Under the pieces are notes generated by a model that saw nothing but the letters and a program-made list of their open reading frames with translations, did no database searches and was not told the origin of the DNA. Below are positions 36,713-48,282 of a DNA stretch of 64,000 bases, one piece after another. Made by a program: the position numbers and the translations under genes. Source of the stretch: Octopus vulgaris (taxonomy: Eukaryota); the NCBI GenBank assembly GCA_951406725.2, contig OX597827.1, positions 35,712,001 through 35,776,000 on the forward strand, given 5' to 3'. The first letter of the stretch is position 1; the number at the start of each line of letters is the position of its first letter.

Positions 36713-36905
36713 ATGGAAGTGAAAGTTGATCGGAGCTGGGCGTGGATGGTTTTGGTTGCTGTGTTTGGTATTCACTTCATTAGTGGCAGCCTTCAATATT
36801 CGTCAGGAATAATCCGAATAGCTTTGTTACAAAATACTTTTTCTGAAGACAAAGAACTCATAACCTGGATAACTTCGTTATATGCCAGTTTATTTTCTAT
36901 AACAG
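36713..36905 (+). CDS. SLC16/monocarboxylate-transporter-like MFS protein, first visible coding exon (TM1-TM2)
   Basis: Acceptor ttttttgcag at 36686; MEVKVDRSWAWMVLVAVF (DxGWAW-like MCT signature)...ITWITSLYASLFSITG; phase-1 donor ag|gtgcgt at 36906. Confidence 0.88.
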
Positions 36906-37229
36906 GTGCGTATGTATTTGCAATACCTCCCCTCACCCCTTTCTCTCTCCTCTTATCTGTTGTCTGGGTGGTAAATAAAGAGATCATTATTATTTCATCA
37001 CCATCATCATCATTTTTATCATCGTCATCATTATTATTATATGAGAGAGCAACACATGTCATCAAAAGGACACTGGAGTACATATATACGAATATACGAA
37101 ATAATACCCGTCATAACTACTCGTCTAATAAGGGTACATCAGACACATGCCTCACAGCCGTGTGTATATCAAGATAAGAGTGCATGCTTTGTTGTTATCA
37201 TTATCCAGTAGTCCTATTTTTATCACCTG

Positions 37230-37925
37230 CTTTCACTGCACTACCGAGCGCAGCTCTGTGTGCCTTGCGTATGTGCTGTGGTTTGTTGTGGCGCTCTTAT
37301 CTTCACTGTATTCTTTTCTACTCTAGGTACAAGGTCTAAAATTTTGGAGGAAGAGGGGCCAGTCGATTAGATCGATCCCAGTAAGCAACTGGTACGTAAT
37401 TTATCGACCCCGAAAGGATGAAAGGCAAAGTCGACCTCGGCGGAATTTGAACTCACAACGTAAAGACAGACGAAATACCACTAAGCAGTTCGCCCGGCGT
37501 ACTAACGTTTCTTACTTATTTATTGCTCACAAGGGGCTAAACATAGAGGGGATAAACAAGGACAGGCAAAGAGATTAAGTCGATTACATCGACCCCAGTG
37601 CGGAACTGGTACTTATTTTATCGACCCCGAAAGGATAAAAGGCAAAGTCGACCTCGGCGTAGTTTGAGTTCAGAACGTAACGGCAGACGAAATACCTAAT
37701 TCTTTACTACCCACAAGGGGCTAAACACAGAGGGGACAAACAAGGACAGCCGAACGGATTAAGTCGATTACATCGACCCCAGTGCGTAACTGGTACTTAT
37801 TTTATTGACCTCGAAAAAAAAAACATCCAGACAAATACTTAACAAAAACACCAGGACTTACAAGTATATATAAAAATACAGAAAATTATACTACTTGGCA
37901 CTGCACACATCCTACGTAAAACAGT
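37230..37925. mobile_element. Cluster of three minus-strand SINEs (37312-37815) between two R4/Dong 3' fragments in opposite orientations
   Basis: 37230-37300 matches 41890-41960; 37823-37924 is the reverse complement of 41980-42080; the SINE core occurs three times. Confidence 0.8.
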
Positions 37926-38154
37926 TGGTTTACAGCTTTTGTTGTTTCTTTTTTTTTTTCTTCATAGTTGTTAAGCCCGGCAGAATCGTTAGCACGCTCG
38001 ATGAACTGCTTGGCGGCATTTCGCCCATCGCTACGTTCCGAGTTCAAATTCCTCCGCGGTTACTTAGCTTTTCATCTTTTGGGAGTCAATGAATTAAGTA
38101 CCAGTGAAACACTAGGGTCGATGAAATCAACTTATCTCCTCCCGCAAAATTGTT

Positions 38155-39110
38155 GCCCTAGCCCTCTTCATGTATAGACGACCAGTATCCGCACGTGGAT
38201 GATGGGCCCCATGCATCGTTAGAAGCCTTCTTGACTTCCTGTACATTTCCTTTAGTTCCTCCTCGGTCCACATCAGGAATTCAGCGCCATACCGAAATGC
38301 TGGATTCAGCTTTGAAACCAATATCTTTCTCACTCGCCACAGGTACTCTCTTTTTATCTTTTCCTTCATGTCATTGTGCTTGATTCTATCTGCCTCAAGT
38401 ATTCCCAGGTATTTATAGCTGGATTGAGGTTAAATTGCCTTCATCATTTCACCACTTGGCAATCTTGTTAGTTTCAGTTATATTTCTCGTCTGGAATAAC
38501 CCAAGAACCGAACTATCTTTTCGGTTTCAGCCTTAAACCTTAAACAGTTTTCGGGGCTGCTTGATCCTGGTCTTCTCTAATATATTGGCACAGCGTCCTC
38601 ATTATGTCTTGTCGGTCATCATCGTATTCTTGCAATATAGCTCTTCTTATTACTCCTGCTTCATTTGCTGAGAATGCATTTACATTTACACTTTGCACTA
38701 CTTCTTCACTGCTGCCTTTCATTTTTCTGTTCTCACTGGGCACGTTATCTGTTGGTGAAGTATTATTTCTATCTTCTACTTTCCTTTTTATCTCTTCTAT
38801 TTCCATCTGTTAACTACTCTTTTGCTCTTATTGCTCTTGACTGGTTGGCTAACCTTTGCTCATATGTCCCGAAGAGTCTTATCTCATTCCATTTTGCTTT
38901 CGTTCGTGGCCGGAATCCCCTTCTGCTGGGTTCACTCATGATCCAGTATTCAATTACCGTTCAGTTTGCCTCCTTATCCCACCTTCTTCTCTGCCTCTGA
39001 CTTCGAATACAAGCAGTCTCTGGATGACGACCGGACCTGCGCTGCTCAACCACGGGGCACCTGCTGGGCGAAAGGCTTTCACCTTTGGTTCCAGCCTCAT
39101 TATCACCATT
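38155..39110 (-). mobile_element. Internally deleted R4/Dong-like LINE
   Basis: MKEKIKREYLWRVRKILVSKLN...HHPRADTGRLYMKR resembles the post-RT region at 43000-43250; N-terminal EQRLANQSRAI. Confidence 0.75.
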
Positions 39111-39671
39111 ATTTGATACATTTGATATTAGACATTTTCGCTCAACACTACTTTAAGGTTAACCACCAACCGGTATTTTTATCGTGACAACGTCTCTAGT
39201 AAGGTTGTCAACCAAGACTGCAGATCTCTGACTATCTTTAAATTGGGCCTATTCCCTTTGCATTTCTGCGTGTAGGGGACCATGATACTGAATTTCACCA
39301 GACCGGTGAGCGTCAGTTGGTCTCGTAGCTTCATCCAAATATTGCTCCGGAGTCAAGTCCCGATTCGCGATTCATTCACCTTCATCTCAGGCACAGGAAA
39401 AATAAAAGCATGGGCATCTTGCAATTCTAGCTTTGGAGGATTCGCCTACACGTCTTGCCAGATAGGAAAAATTACTTTTCGTTGGAAGAATTTGAAAATG
39501 TGAAAGCATGCTAACGAGACCCGGACGAAATGTTGCGCCTAACATCCCGAAATTCATCTAGTAAGAAACCAACACCAAAATTGTGGTATATAAGACTTTA
39601 GCAATAAAAAGTAAGAAACTAGATCAGGCGACACAGCAACAAACTGAAAAGTACTTCAGATCCATCTAGAG

Positions 39672-39810
39672 CAGGAGTCGGCAACTTTTTTGCCTCCCGG
39701 GATCGGATCTAGTATTAATGACAGATAGCGGGCCGGATGAAGGCCATAAAAGAATAATTATGGAAAATTACACAAGCTAAAATTTAATCACGAATGTTGA
39801 CTATACTTAA
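39672..39810 (+). mobile_element. hAT (Charlie/Buster-like) terminal fragment
   Basis: caggagtcggcaac preceded by atctagag (NTCTAGAN target consensus); the other end was not found. Confidence 0.5.
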
Positions 39811-40249
39811 AAATAATTTGTGTTAACTACAAATGGACCCGAGTGGCAAAAGCACGATGTGGCGACAAAGTCTTAGTTCGGTCTTTGGTGGAGCATAACG
39901 GGCACATTACTCGACTCCAAGCACATTTTTACGGTTTTTTGGCAGCCCTACAATCAGCTGTTCGGAACGAATGGCGGACTGGAAGGAGGGTGGATTTCAG
40001 TAGGTACTACAACTGCCTATCGTGACTCTCGACAAGAGAGGCGGAGTGTTGCAAAAAGTTGATAACAGTTGCAGAAAAACGAGAAGCAATTTTCTGCTGC
40101 ATGGGAGAGTGGGGATTGCCTAGTTTGGCTGGTCTGCCCAATGATCTTTATTGTTATATGCTAGACTTATTTGGAGGCCTCTTGACTGATCTGTCGCAGC
40201 AGGCTGCAGAATGGAAGAATTTACAGTTCTGTGAGTCGAGGAGAGGTTA

Positions 40250-41780
40250 CTGAGAAACGCCCAAACTGGATGAATTACGCAGATAATTTTCGGCCCATAA
40301 CTCTGCTAAACGCGGATTTCAAAATGTTAGCGAAGGTGTTAGGAAAAAAAGTTGCCACTTTTTGACGATGATCTAGTTGATGATGCGCATATATGTACCA
40401 TCACGACCCGATGAAATGTTTCGGCACACATAGACGATATCAATGTCATAATGACGAACACCAGGTACCTAGAGGTTACCAGCACTGCTCTAAGTGAATA
40501 CAAAGTAGTAACAGGAGCAAAAATAACTAAGAAAAGTAAAAAGATCTGCAGTTCTGCACCTGGAGAGGACGCTAAACAGAGGTCTAAAGTAGAGACGAAC
40601 TAAGACGAGGTGGCGAATGCTTATATTACCCCCGTTACATGTTAGCACATGATCGTTGTGTTTTGCCCTACTTCACATCTGTTGTTCTGTTTTTAGAAGA
40701 GACACATTCCACAGATCAGCTCATCTTTTGTTGTCAACACCTTGGTGGAGGACTAGGCTGATGATGCACAGACATGCGCTCATGAAACATCTCTAGCGTT
40801 TCCTTCACGATAAGTAGGTGTAGTCGTCGTTTGTGAGACTCACCTGTTACAGCTCGTCTATTTGACAGTTACAGTCCTGGCTCAAACATAGACAAAGGCA
40901 GAGCGCCCTGAGCAAGAGCGCCTAGTAGGCTTCACAAAGTCTGCCAATCAGGCAATGCGGTCGGTTGAAGTGCCACTGGAATTCTATAGAGGATTAATGG
41001 TGGGCAAAAGCAATGACGATCTCAGAGAAATTCTATACCGGAGGAATTCCTAGTTGGAACATATGGACCAATGTGATTACCACTTCCCTCGCACCCATGT
41101 AGCCTGGAAGCACAGGTTGGGGTCACGTTGCTAGTTTGAGATGAATTCTGCCAGCAAGGAAGTTCCATCAGCCGGACCTGCCCGAGATGCACTTAGAGTG
41201 GCGAAACTATTCTCCACGCACTCATCCAGTGCCCGAGCATTGCTTACTTGTGAAGTCATGTCGAACACCTGCTGCTGCATTTTGGATGGATCCAGCTCTT
41301 TGTAGAGTCCAATGACCAGAAAGGAGAAGTATTGTTTATACGTCTAGTGCTCTTTGTGATCGAGATTGTATGGTTGACCAGATTGAAAATGCTATAGATA
41401 AATACCTTCCTCTTTGGTCAAGCCTACTTAAACACATGAAAAGGAAAGTGATGTAAGAGAGGGAATTATTGCATTTGATCAATTCCGTTGAAAGGTGGAT
41501 GACCGAATGAACAGATCTGCTCTGAGCATGTAGATTGCGGGAGAGGACGGGAAGATACTTGCCCTTGTGGTCAGGATGACTGTGGTTTGTGGGGTTTTCA
41601 CGAGAAGCTCTTGAAAGTCTCCTCACTTTGGCGAAATTATTCCTTGTTTCAATTTTTTTCTTTCTTTCTTTCTGTTATGTTACTATTTACACGCTTTTAT
41701 ATAACCCTACATTATGTTGCATTGTATCATCCTATACCGTCCTCGCTCTTTTTGTGAACCTCTAGTGGATAAGATAATAA
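40250..41780 (+). mobile_element. Heavily decayed L1/Tx1 ORF2
   Basis: NFRPITLLNADFKMLAKVL near 40285-40342; CPRCT*SGETILHALIQCP near 41178-41235. Confidence 0.7.
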
Positions 41781-41810
41781 TGATAATAATTATTATTATT
41801 TTTATTATTA

Positions 41811-41865
<55 letters not shown>

Positions 41866-41869
<4 letters not shown>

Positions 41870-44800
41870 TAGTTTTATTTTTTATAGCGTGCTTTCACTT
41901 CACTACCGAGCGCAGCTCTGTGTGCCTTGGGTATGTGCTGTGATTTGTTGTGATGCTCTGATGGTTATTGTATGGAAAGTGTTCTGCGTAGGATGTGTGC
42001 AGTGCCTAGTAGTGCAATTTTCTGTATGTTATATGTGTTTGTAAGTCCTGGTGTTTTTGTTATGTATTTGTCTGACTATTTTTTTATCATGCCTAATGCA
42101 CCTACTATGATAGGAATTGTTTCTGTTTTTAGATTCCACATTCTGGTTGTATTTTGAAAGTTTCTCCATTTCTTTTAGAGACACGTTGTCATCTGCCGGT
42201 ATTGATACATCAATTAGAAAGCATTTTTTTTCTTCATGATCTCTGACAACTATATCTGGTCTGTTGGCCTTAATTTCTCTATCTGTGTGTATCGGCATAT
42301 CCCAGAGTATGGTTGCTTTCTCGTTTTCTGTGACCTTTTCTGGTGTGTGCCTATACCATCTTTTTTCTGTTGTTATTCCATAATGTTGGCATAGCTCCAG
42401 TGTATGTAGGTTCCAACTCTGTCATGTCTGTGAATATATTCCTTCTTAGCCAGGACTGGGCAGCCAGAGATAATATGATTTATTGTTTCTCGTCCATCTC
42501 CACATATTCTGCAGTTACTTGTTATATTTCTTTTCATTACATGTTTTTGGTCATTTCTGGTGGGGAGGCTTTGGTCTTGTGCTGCAATTAAAAATCCCTC
42601 TGTCTCTGCTTTGAGTCCTGAGCTTCTCAACCATTGCTGGGATTTTTCTTTGTCTATTTCTTTTGCATTTAGTTTAGTCTAGTATTTACCATGAAGGGGC
42701 TTTTCTTGCCATCGTTTTATCATGGTTCTTTGCTGTTCTAGTTTTAGTTTGGATTTCATTTGTTTTATAGCTTTTGTTGTTTCTTCATCTTCTTCTTCTT
42801 CTTCTTCTTCTTTATATTTGTTAGGTGGTATGATTTCTTGTTTGTATTTGTCAGCTTCCTTAAATACTGAGAACAGTTTTTGTTTTGCTTGTGTTTTGCC
42901 GCTATTTGTATCAGTTTTCCTTCCTTCTGAAGTAGATATTTTTGCAGTCCTATGGTGGTTATTTTATAGTAGTTTTCCAGCTGTATAAGGCCTCTACCAC
43001 CTTCTATACGTTGTATTTATAGTCTTTCTATGTCAGATTTTGGGTGATGCATCCTAGATCCTGTCATTATTTTTCTTGTTTTCCTATTTTGGTCAGTTCA
43101 TTTCGTGTCCAGTTAAGGATATTGTAGCTGTAACTTATAACTGGGACAGCTAAAGTGTTAATACCTATTATCTTGTTTTTAGCATTGAGCTCTGTTTTTA
43201 GTATTGGTCTAACTCGTCTATAATATTCTTTTTTTATTTTCTCTTTCATTTGTGTGTGTTGTGTCTTATCTAGTTCATGGATTCCTAAGTATTTGTAAGT
43301 TTGGCTTTGGTCTAATTCTTTCATTTCATTGGTTTTACCTAGTGTGATGTTGCTACTCTTGACTAGTTTTCCTCTTTTCATGGTTACTTTGGCGTATTTT
43401 TCTAATCCAAATTTCATATCTATTTCTTTGGTAAATCCATGAACTGTCTTTAATAGTGTTTCCAGCTGTTTGTCATTTGCAGCGTATAGTTTTAGGTCAT
43501 CCATATATAAAAGGTGGCTGATCGTTTTGCCGTAACATTTATATCCGCATCCAGTTCTATTTAGCATATCAGATAGAGGTGACAGTGCCAAGCAGAAAAG
43601 GAGTGGAGAGAGCGTGTCTCCCTGGAATATTCCTCTTCTAATGGGGATGTCTTTGGTTTTCATGAGTCCCTCTTTTGTTTGGAGCTGTAGCACTGTTTCA
43701 CATTTATTCATAGAGTGCCCAATGAATTTTATAATTATTGGTGCTACTTTGTTAATGGCTAGTGTTTCGAGGATCCATGTGTGGGGGATGCTATCAAACG
43801 CCTTTTTGTAGTCGATCCAGGCCATACTGAGGCCTTTCTTCTTTCTGTGGCTGTCTTCAGTTATGGCTTTATTGATCATTAGTTGATCTTTACAGCCGTA
43901 TGAGCCTTTGCGGCATCCTTTCTGCTCTTCTGGAAACAGGTTGTTTTCGTCTAGGTGCTTGTTAAACCTTTGCGATATCACTGCAGTAAATGCCTTGTAC
44001 ATCGTAGAGAGACAGGTTATTGGTCTGTAGTTTTCTGGTTTTGCTGTCTCATTTGATTTGGGAATTAAGATGGTTTTCCCCTTCGTGAGCCATTCAGGCA
44101 TTGTCTCTGGCTCTGCTAGTATGTTGTTAAAATTTTCAGCCAGCTTTTTGTGCATTCCTGTTAGATATTTCAACCAGAAGTTGGGGATCTTGTCATGCCC
44201 AGGTGCCTTCCAGTTGCTTAGTCTTTGCAGTGCCTGGGTGACCTCTTCAGTTGTTATGGGGGTCCAAAGTTGCTCAGATGCTGAGTTTGTTGTTTTAATA
44301 CTCCTTTTTTTGGTTGTTCGTTCGCCGACCATATTTCTCTCCAGAATTCTTCCACTTCTTCTGCCGTTGGTGATGCAGTGATTTCTATTTTATTTTTGCC
44401 AAGTTCTTGGTAGAACTTTTTGGGGTTAGAGTTGAACTTTTTGTTTTATTCAAAGAAGCGCTGGCGTTTCTCGTACCGGCGGATCCTTTGTGCTTTGGCA
44501 AGGATATCTTGCTTTAGCTTTTCTTTTATCTCAGGTAAATCTTTTTGTGTGATGTTGTATTTGTGGAGTATTTTTGTTTTCTTTTTGTTGCTCAGTAGCG
44601 TTGATTGTCTACTGATTTCATTAAGAATCGACAGATCTTTTCTTATTTTTTGTATTTTGTTTTGAATGTTATTTATCCACAGGGTTTGTTTGGGTGGTGG
44701 TACTCCTGTTTGGACGGGTTTGAGTGAGTATCCAGCTTCTTTTGTGGCTGCAGTGGCTGCTGCGTATACTAAGTTATTTAGCTCAGTGATATCGCTTTTT

Positions 44801-45516
44801 GTTTCAGTGGCTATTAGTTCCGTGACGGCTAGGTTTATGCTGTTTATAATTGGTGTTGTTGTTTCGTCTATTTTGATTTTTGGGAGGTATGGTCGGTGGT
44901 CCATTTTGAGCTCTGTGGTTTTCAGTTCTTTGATTATTCCACTTTTTATATTATCATATTCATTAGGCTCCCCTTCATTGTTTCCAGGTTTTAGATTTGT
45001 GTCGTTTTCTTTCTTATGTGTATGTTTGTTTATCGTGTTTTGATTTGCTGTTTGTCGTGTATTATTATGCATCCTTACGGTCTGGGTTTGTTTTTTGTTT
45101 TTTTGTTTACATCGTGTTTGTTGGGAATGTTACATTTGTCTTCGTGTTTTACTGTTTCAGTGTTTATATTATTGGGCATTGTTGTGTGGCTTCTATCTAC
45201 ATTTTCCTGATGTATTTTTCTTTTAGATGTTCTATTTCTATTTCTGATAATTTTTTGGCGTTGAGAATGTATCTTCGTACGTTAGCTAGTTTGTTAGGGT
45301 TCATTGCTGTATCCAAGTCTGTATTTATGTTGTTTTCCTTCCATATTTTATATGTATGTGTTGTTGTATTTTCATTCTTTGGGTAGAGCACTGCTGTAAA
45401 ATAAGCATGTAGGATAGAAATGTATTCCTCACGTGTCCATTTATGTCTTTTGGGTTTTATTTGCGGGACATGAAGAACAACGTCCGGCCCATTATTTTGA
45501 CGGTCGTCATCTTCGT
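41866..45516 (-). mobile_element. Full-length R4/Dong-clade LINE (RT, CCHC finger, restriction-like endonuclease) in a (TAA)n tract; frameshifted
   Basis: RT motifs YRPITCL, WIDYKKAFDS, GIFQGD, LYMDDLKL; CRICGDGRETINHIISGC; RHD; RPDIV...IDVSIP...KLSKY; (TTA)n at 41780-41865 and 45516-45536. Confidence 0.92.
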
Positions 45517-45536
45517 ATTATTATTATTATTATTAT

Positions 45537-45835
45537 TTTCTTGCAATTATGTTTCCATTTCTTGCCGAATGTCTTCCCAACACCTAGGGCAAAGAAACTC
45601 ACTGTATATATTGGTAGGCCATTAAAATAAAGACAGCAGATTGTTCATTTACAAAGTCATGTGATAGAAAAGGGGGAAGAAAGAGAGAGAAAAAGGAAAG
45701 CAGGAAAAAAAAGAAAAAGATGAGAAAAGGAAAACAAAGAAAATAAAGGGATAAAAGGAAATAAATTCACAGCGACAATGATTTCTCAATACGTGTGTCG
45801 TACCAGTTAAGATAATGTTTTGCACTTCCTGCATG
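45537..45835 (-). mobile_element. 3' fragment of a second R4/Dong-like family
   Basis: MQEVQNIILTGTTHVLR parallels the R4 C-terminus near 41985-42025; bounded by TTA repeats. Confidence 0.55.
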
Positions 45836-45902
45836 GATTATTATTGTTGTTGTTATCGTTGTCGCCGCCGTCGTCGTCGTCGTCATCATCATCATCATCA
45901 TT

Positions 45903-46465
45903 AAGACAGTGAAGTGACGGAATCGTTAACACGCCAGACAAAATACTTGGCGGCATTTCGTCTACTTTTAATACAGGGCTTGATGCAGGCGGCTTCCCCT
46001 TCCCTCAAAAACTGCTGGCCCTGTACCAAAATATTAAACCATTATTGTAAAGGAAGAGAGCAGGCTGAATCATTAGCATGACGGAGAAAATGATTTGTAA
46101 ACATTTCGTCCGTTATGTAGGTTCTGAGCTCAAATTCCGCTTATGTTGACTTTGCATTTCATCCTTTGCCGAGAACTATAAAATATGTACCACTCAAGTA
46201 TTGAGATCGATGTAATTGACTTTCCACTCCCTTCAAAAACTGCTGGCTTTGTGCCAAAATTTGAAACCATTATTATAAAGGCGGCGAGCTGGCAGAGTCG
46301 ATAGGAGACGCCTAGCTGCATTTCGTCTGAATTCAAATTCCGCCGAGGTTGACTTTGCATTTCATTCTTTCAGGGTTGATAAAAGAAGTACCAGTTTAGT
46401 ACTGGAGTTGATGTAATCGACTAGCCACCTCCACCAAGGCTTTGTACCTCTAGTAGAAAGGATTA
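45903..46465 (+). mobile_element. Cluster of three diverged tandem SINEs
   Basis: Repeated heads (gaatcgttaacacgcc, ggcggcgagctggcaga) and tails (aaaatttgaaaccatt, ctagtagaaagg). Confidence 0.8.
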
Positions 46466-46537
46466 TACGCTGACGCTTCTTTGTTTGTAACATTTACATA
46501 GAAGTAATAAACAAGAAGAACACGTGGGTAATGGATT

Positions 46538-47112
46538 TGTAGTCACCCTATACAACAGCGCGCGCGCGCAACGCCCTCTCGCGAATACACGAAGTCCGAA
46601 AGAGGGAATTTTGCTGACGTGGCCTTAGCTGACGTGGCCTTGCTGACGTGGCCTTAGCAAGGGAGCGTGAGCCTTAACAAAGAGGCAAGGGAGCGTAAAG
46701 CGTTGACCATTAGCGTCCGACAGACAGCGGCAGGCATTTCATAGAAGTAGACGTTTAATTCGCTCTCTCTCCGGTTGATAGCAGCAGTCCTTTGGCCGAA
46801 GACTTTTAACCTGAATTGTTGCAGTCAAATCATCTTCTTCCTCCGGACGCCATTTTGGACCCGTTCTGGTCTTGGCGGCTGAACATTGTAAATATTACAA
46901 TCGATTAACTTTCAGCCTTGCGCGCCCAGAACCAAGGACATCAGATATACCACTGATTTCTCACCGGTATAAACCAATAAAGTATATCTATTTTTTACGT
47001 CTGCGTTTTGTGTTTCTTTGACTGGTAGAGTCTGGATATAAAAGCAACGGAAAGTGATTGCACCAACTTGCACCCCAAAAGTGCAAGCGGAGATATTCAC
47101 ATATTCCTTACA
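46538..47112 (+). repeat. 5' LTR
   Basis: No differences from 51676-52250 seen by eye. Confidence 0.95.
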
Positions 47113-47553
47113 GTGGTGACCCCAAAGTTCCAGAGAACACTCAACAAAAAGAAAAAATCCAGTTTTCTGCCAAGTCTGAAACACGACCAACCTGTTTTCC
47201 AGTCCCTTTCAACAGTTTGTTTCTTCATCTGCACTCACGCACGGAAGAAAAAAAAAAAGAGAAGAAATTTTTTTCTCGATTAAAACGCGACGAAGGTTGG
47301 TAAAAACAAAAAAAAGAAAAGAATTTTTTCTATTCTCTGTGCACACAGTACAAACAAAAAAAAACAAAAAAAAAACATTTTTTTTTTTGTAAATTGCACA
47401 TTCAAAATTTATTGGTTCAATTGTTGGTCTTTCTTTCTTTCTTCCTTTCTTTTTTCCCTTTGTTTTTCCTTGTTGCGTCTGTTCAGCGTTGGTTCGTTGT
47501 CAGTTTTCTTTTTTCCATTTGACAGAGTCATCTAGTGAATAAAAGGCTACAAA

Positions 47554-48282
47554 ATGTTTATGGGTTCGTTACCTACTTTTACAGGTGATGCCACACTGTG
47601 GTTTTCACAGTTAGAGGCACAATTTCGTGCACAAAGTATTACTCCCGAGCAGCAGTTGGAAATCCTTTATGGTTGCATGCCGCCGCAACTGGCATCTTCA
47701 GCAAGGGACCTTATTACAGACCCTAGTCCAGGCGCTACTTATGCGTTTGTTAAATTAGAGGTTGAAAAAAGAAATACACGAAGCGAGGAAAGTCGTTTCA
47801 ACGAGTTAATGGCAGATGAGCAACTAGGGGACAGAACTCCGTCAGAATTTTTACGAAGACTGAGGGAGTTAAGTGGTAATGCATCAGATGCTCCCCTCCT
47901 TCGGAAGATTTTTTTCTCGAGGTTGCCCGCCTATATACAGACCGTTTTGGCAACCGGCTTAGAGACAAATACAGTGGACCAAATAGCAACGATGGCTGAT
48001 AAGATGGTTGAATTTGCCGTTCAACCATCGTCACGGTCTGCTTGTGCCTGTTCACAGACCTCTTCGGCCTCAATTGAGGGGCTTTCTAAACTAATAGAAA
48101 CCCTCACTAAAAGGATGGACGCGAAGTGTCGCGATGGTAAGCGATCTTCAAAATCGCGAAGTCGCAGTCGTTCATCCTCGAGATCAACACAGTCTAAGTC
48201 TGGACTGTGTTGGTACCACTCCAAGTATGGAGAGAATGCACATAGGTGCACACAGCCATGCACTTATAAGTCTTTAAACTAG
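47554..48282 (+). CDS. gag: Gypsy Gag
   Basis: Intact 242-aa ORF: LWFSQLEAQF, LGDRTPSEFLRRL, CWYHSKYGENAHRCTQPC. Confidence 0.9.
   Translation: MFMGSLPTFTGDATLWFSQLEAQFRAQSITPEQQLEILYGCMPPQLASSARDLITDPSPGATYAFVKLEVEKRNTRSEESRFNELMADEQLGDRTPSEFLRRLRELSGNASDAPLLRKIFFSRLPAYIQTVLATGLETNTVDQIATMADKMVEFAVQPSSRSACACSQTSSASIEGLSKLIETLTKRMDAKCRDGKRSSKSRSRSRSSSRSTQSKSGLCWYHSKYGENAHRCTQPCTYKSLN

Noticed and set aside
36452-37177. 241-aa ORF with a poly-Val/Leu N-terminus
   Set aside because: Only 36687-36905 is bounded by splice sites and MCT-like; the rest is (GTA)/(GTT) microsatellite and intron read-through.
46912-47190. Antisense ORF duplicated at 52050-52262
   Set aside because: The duplication simply reflects the two LTRs; the starts differ and there is no recognisable domain.
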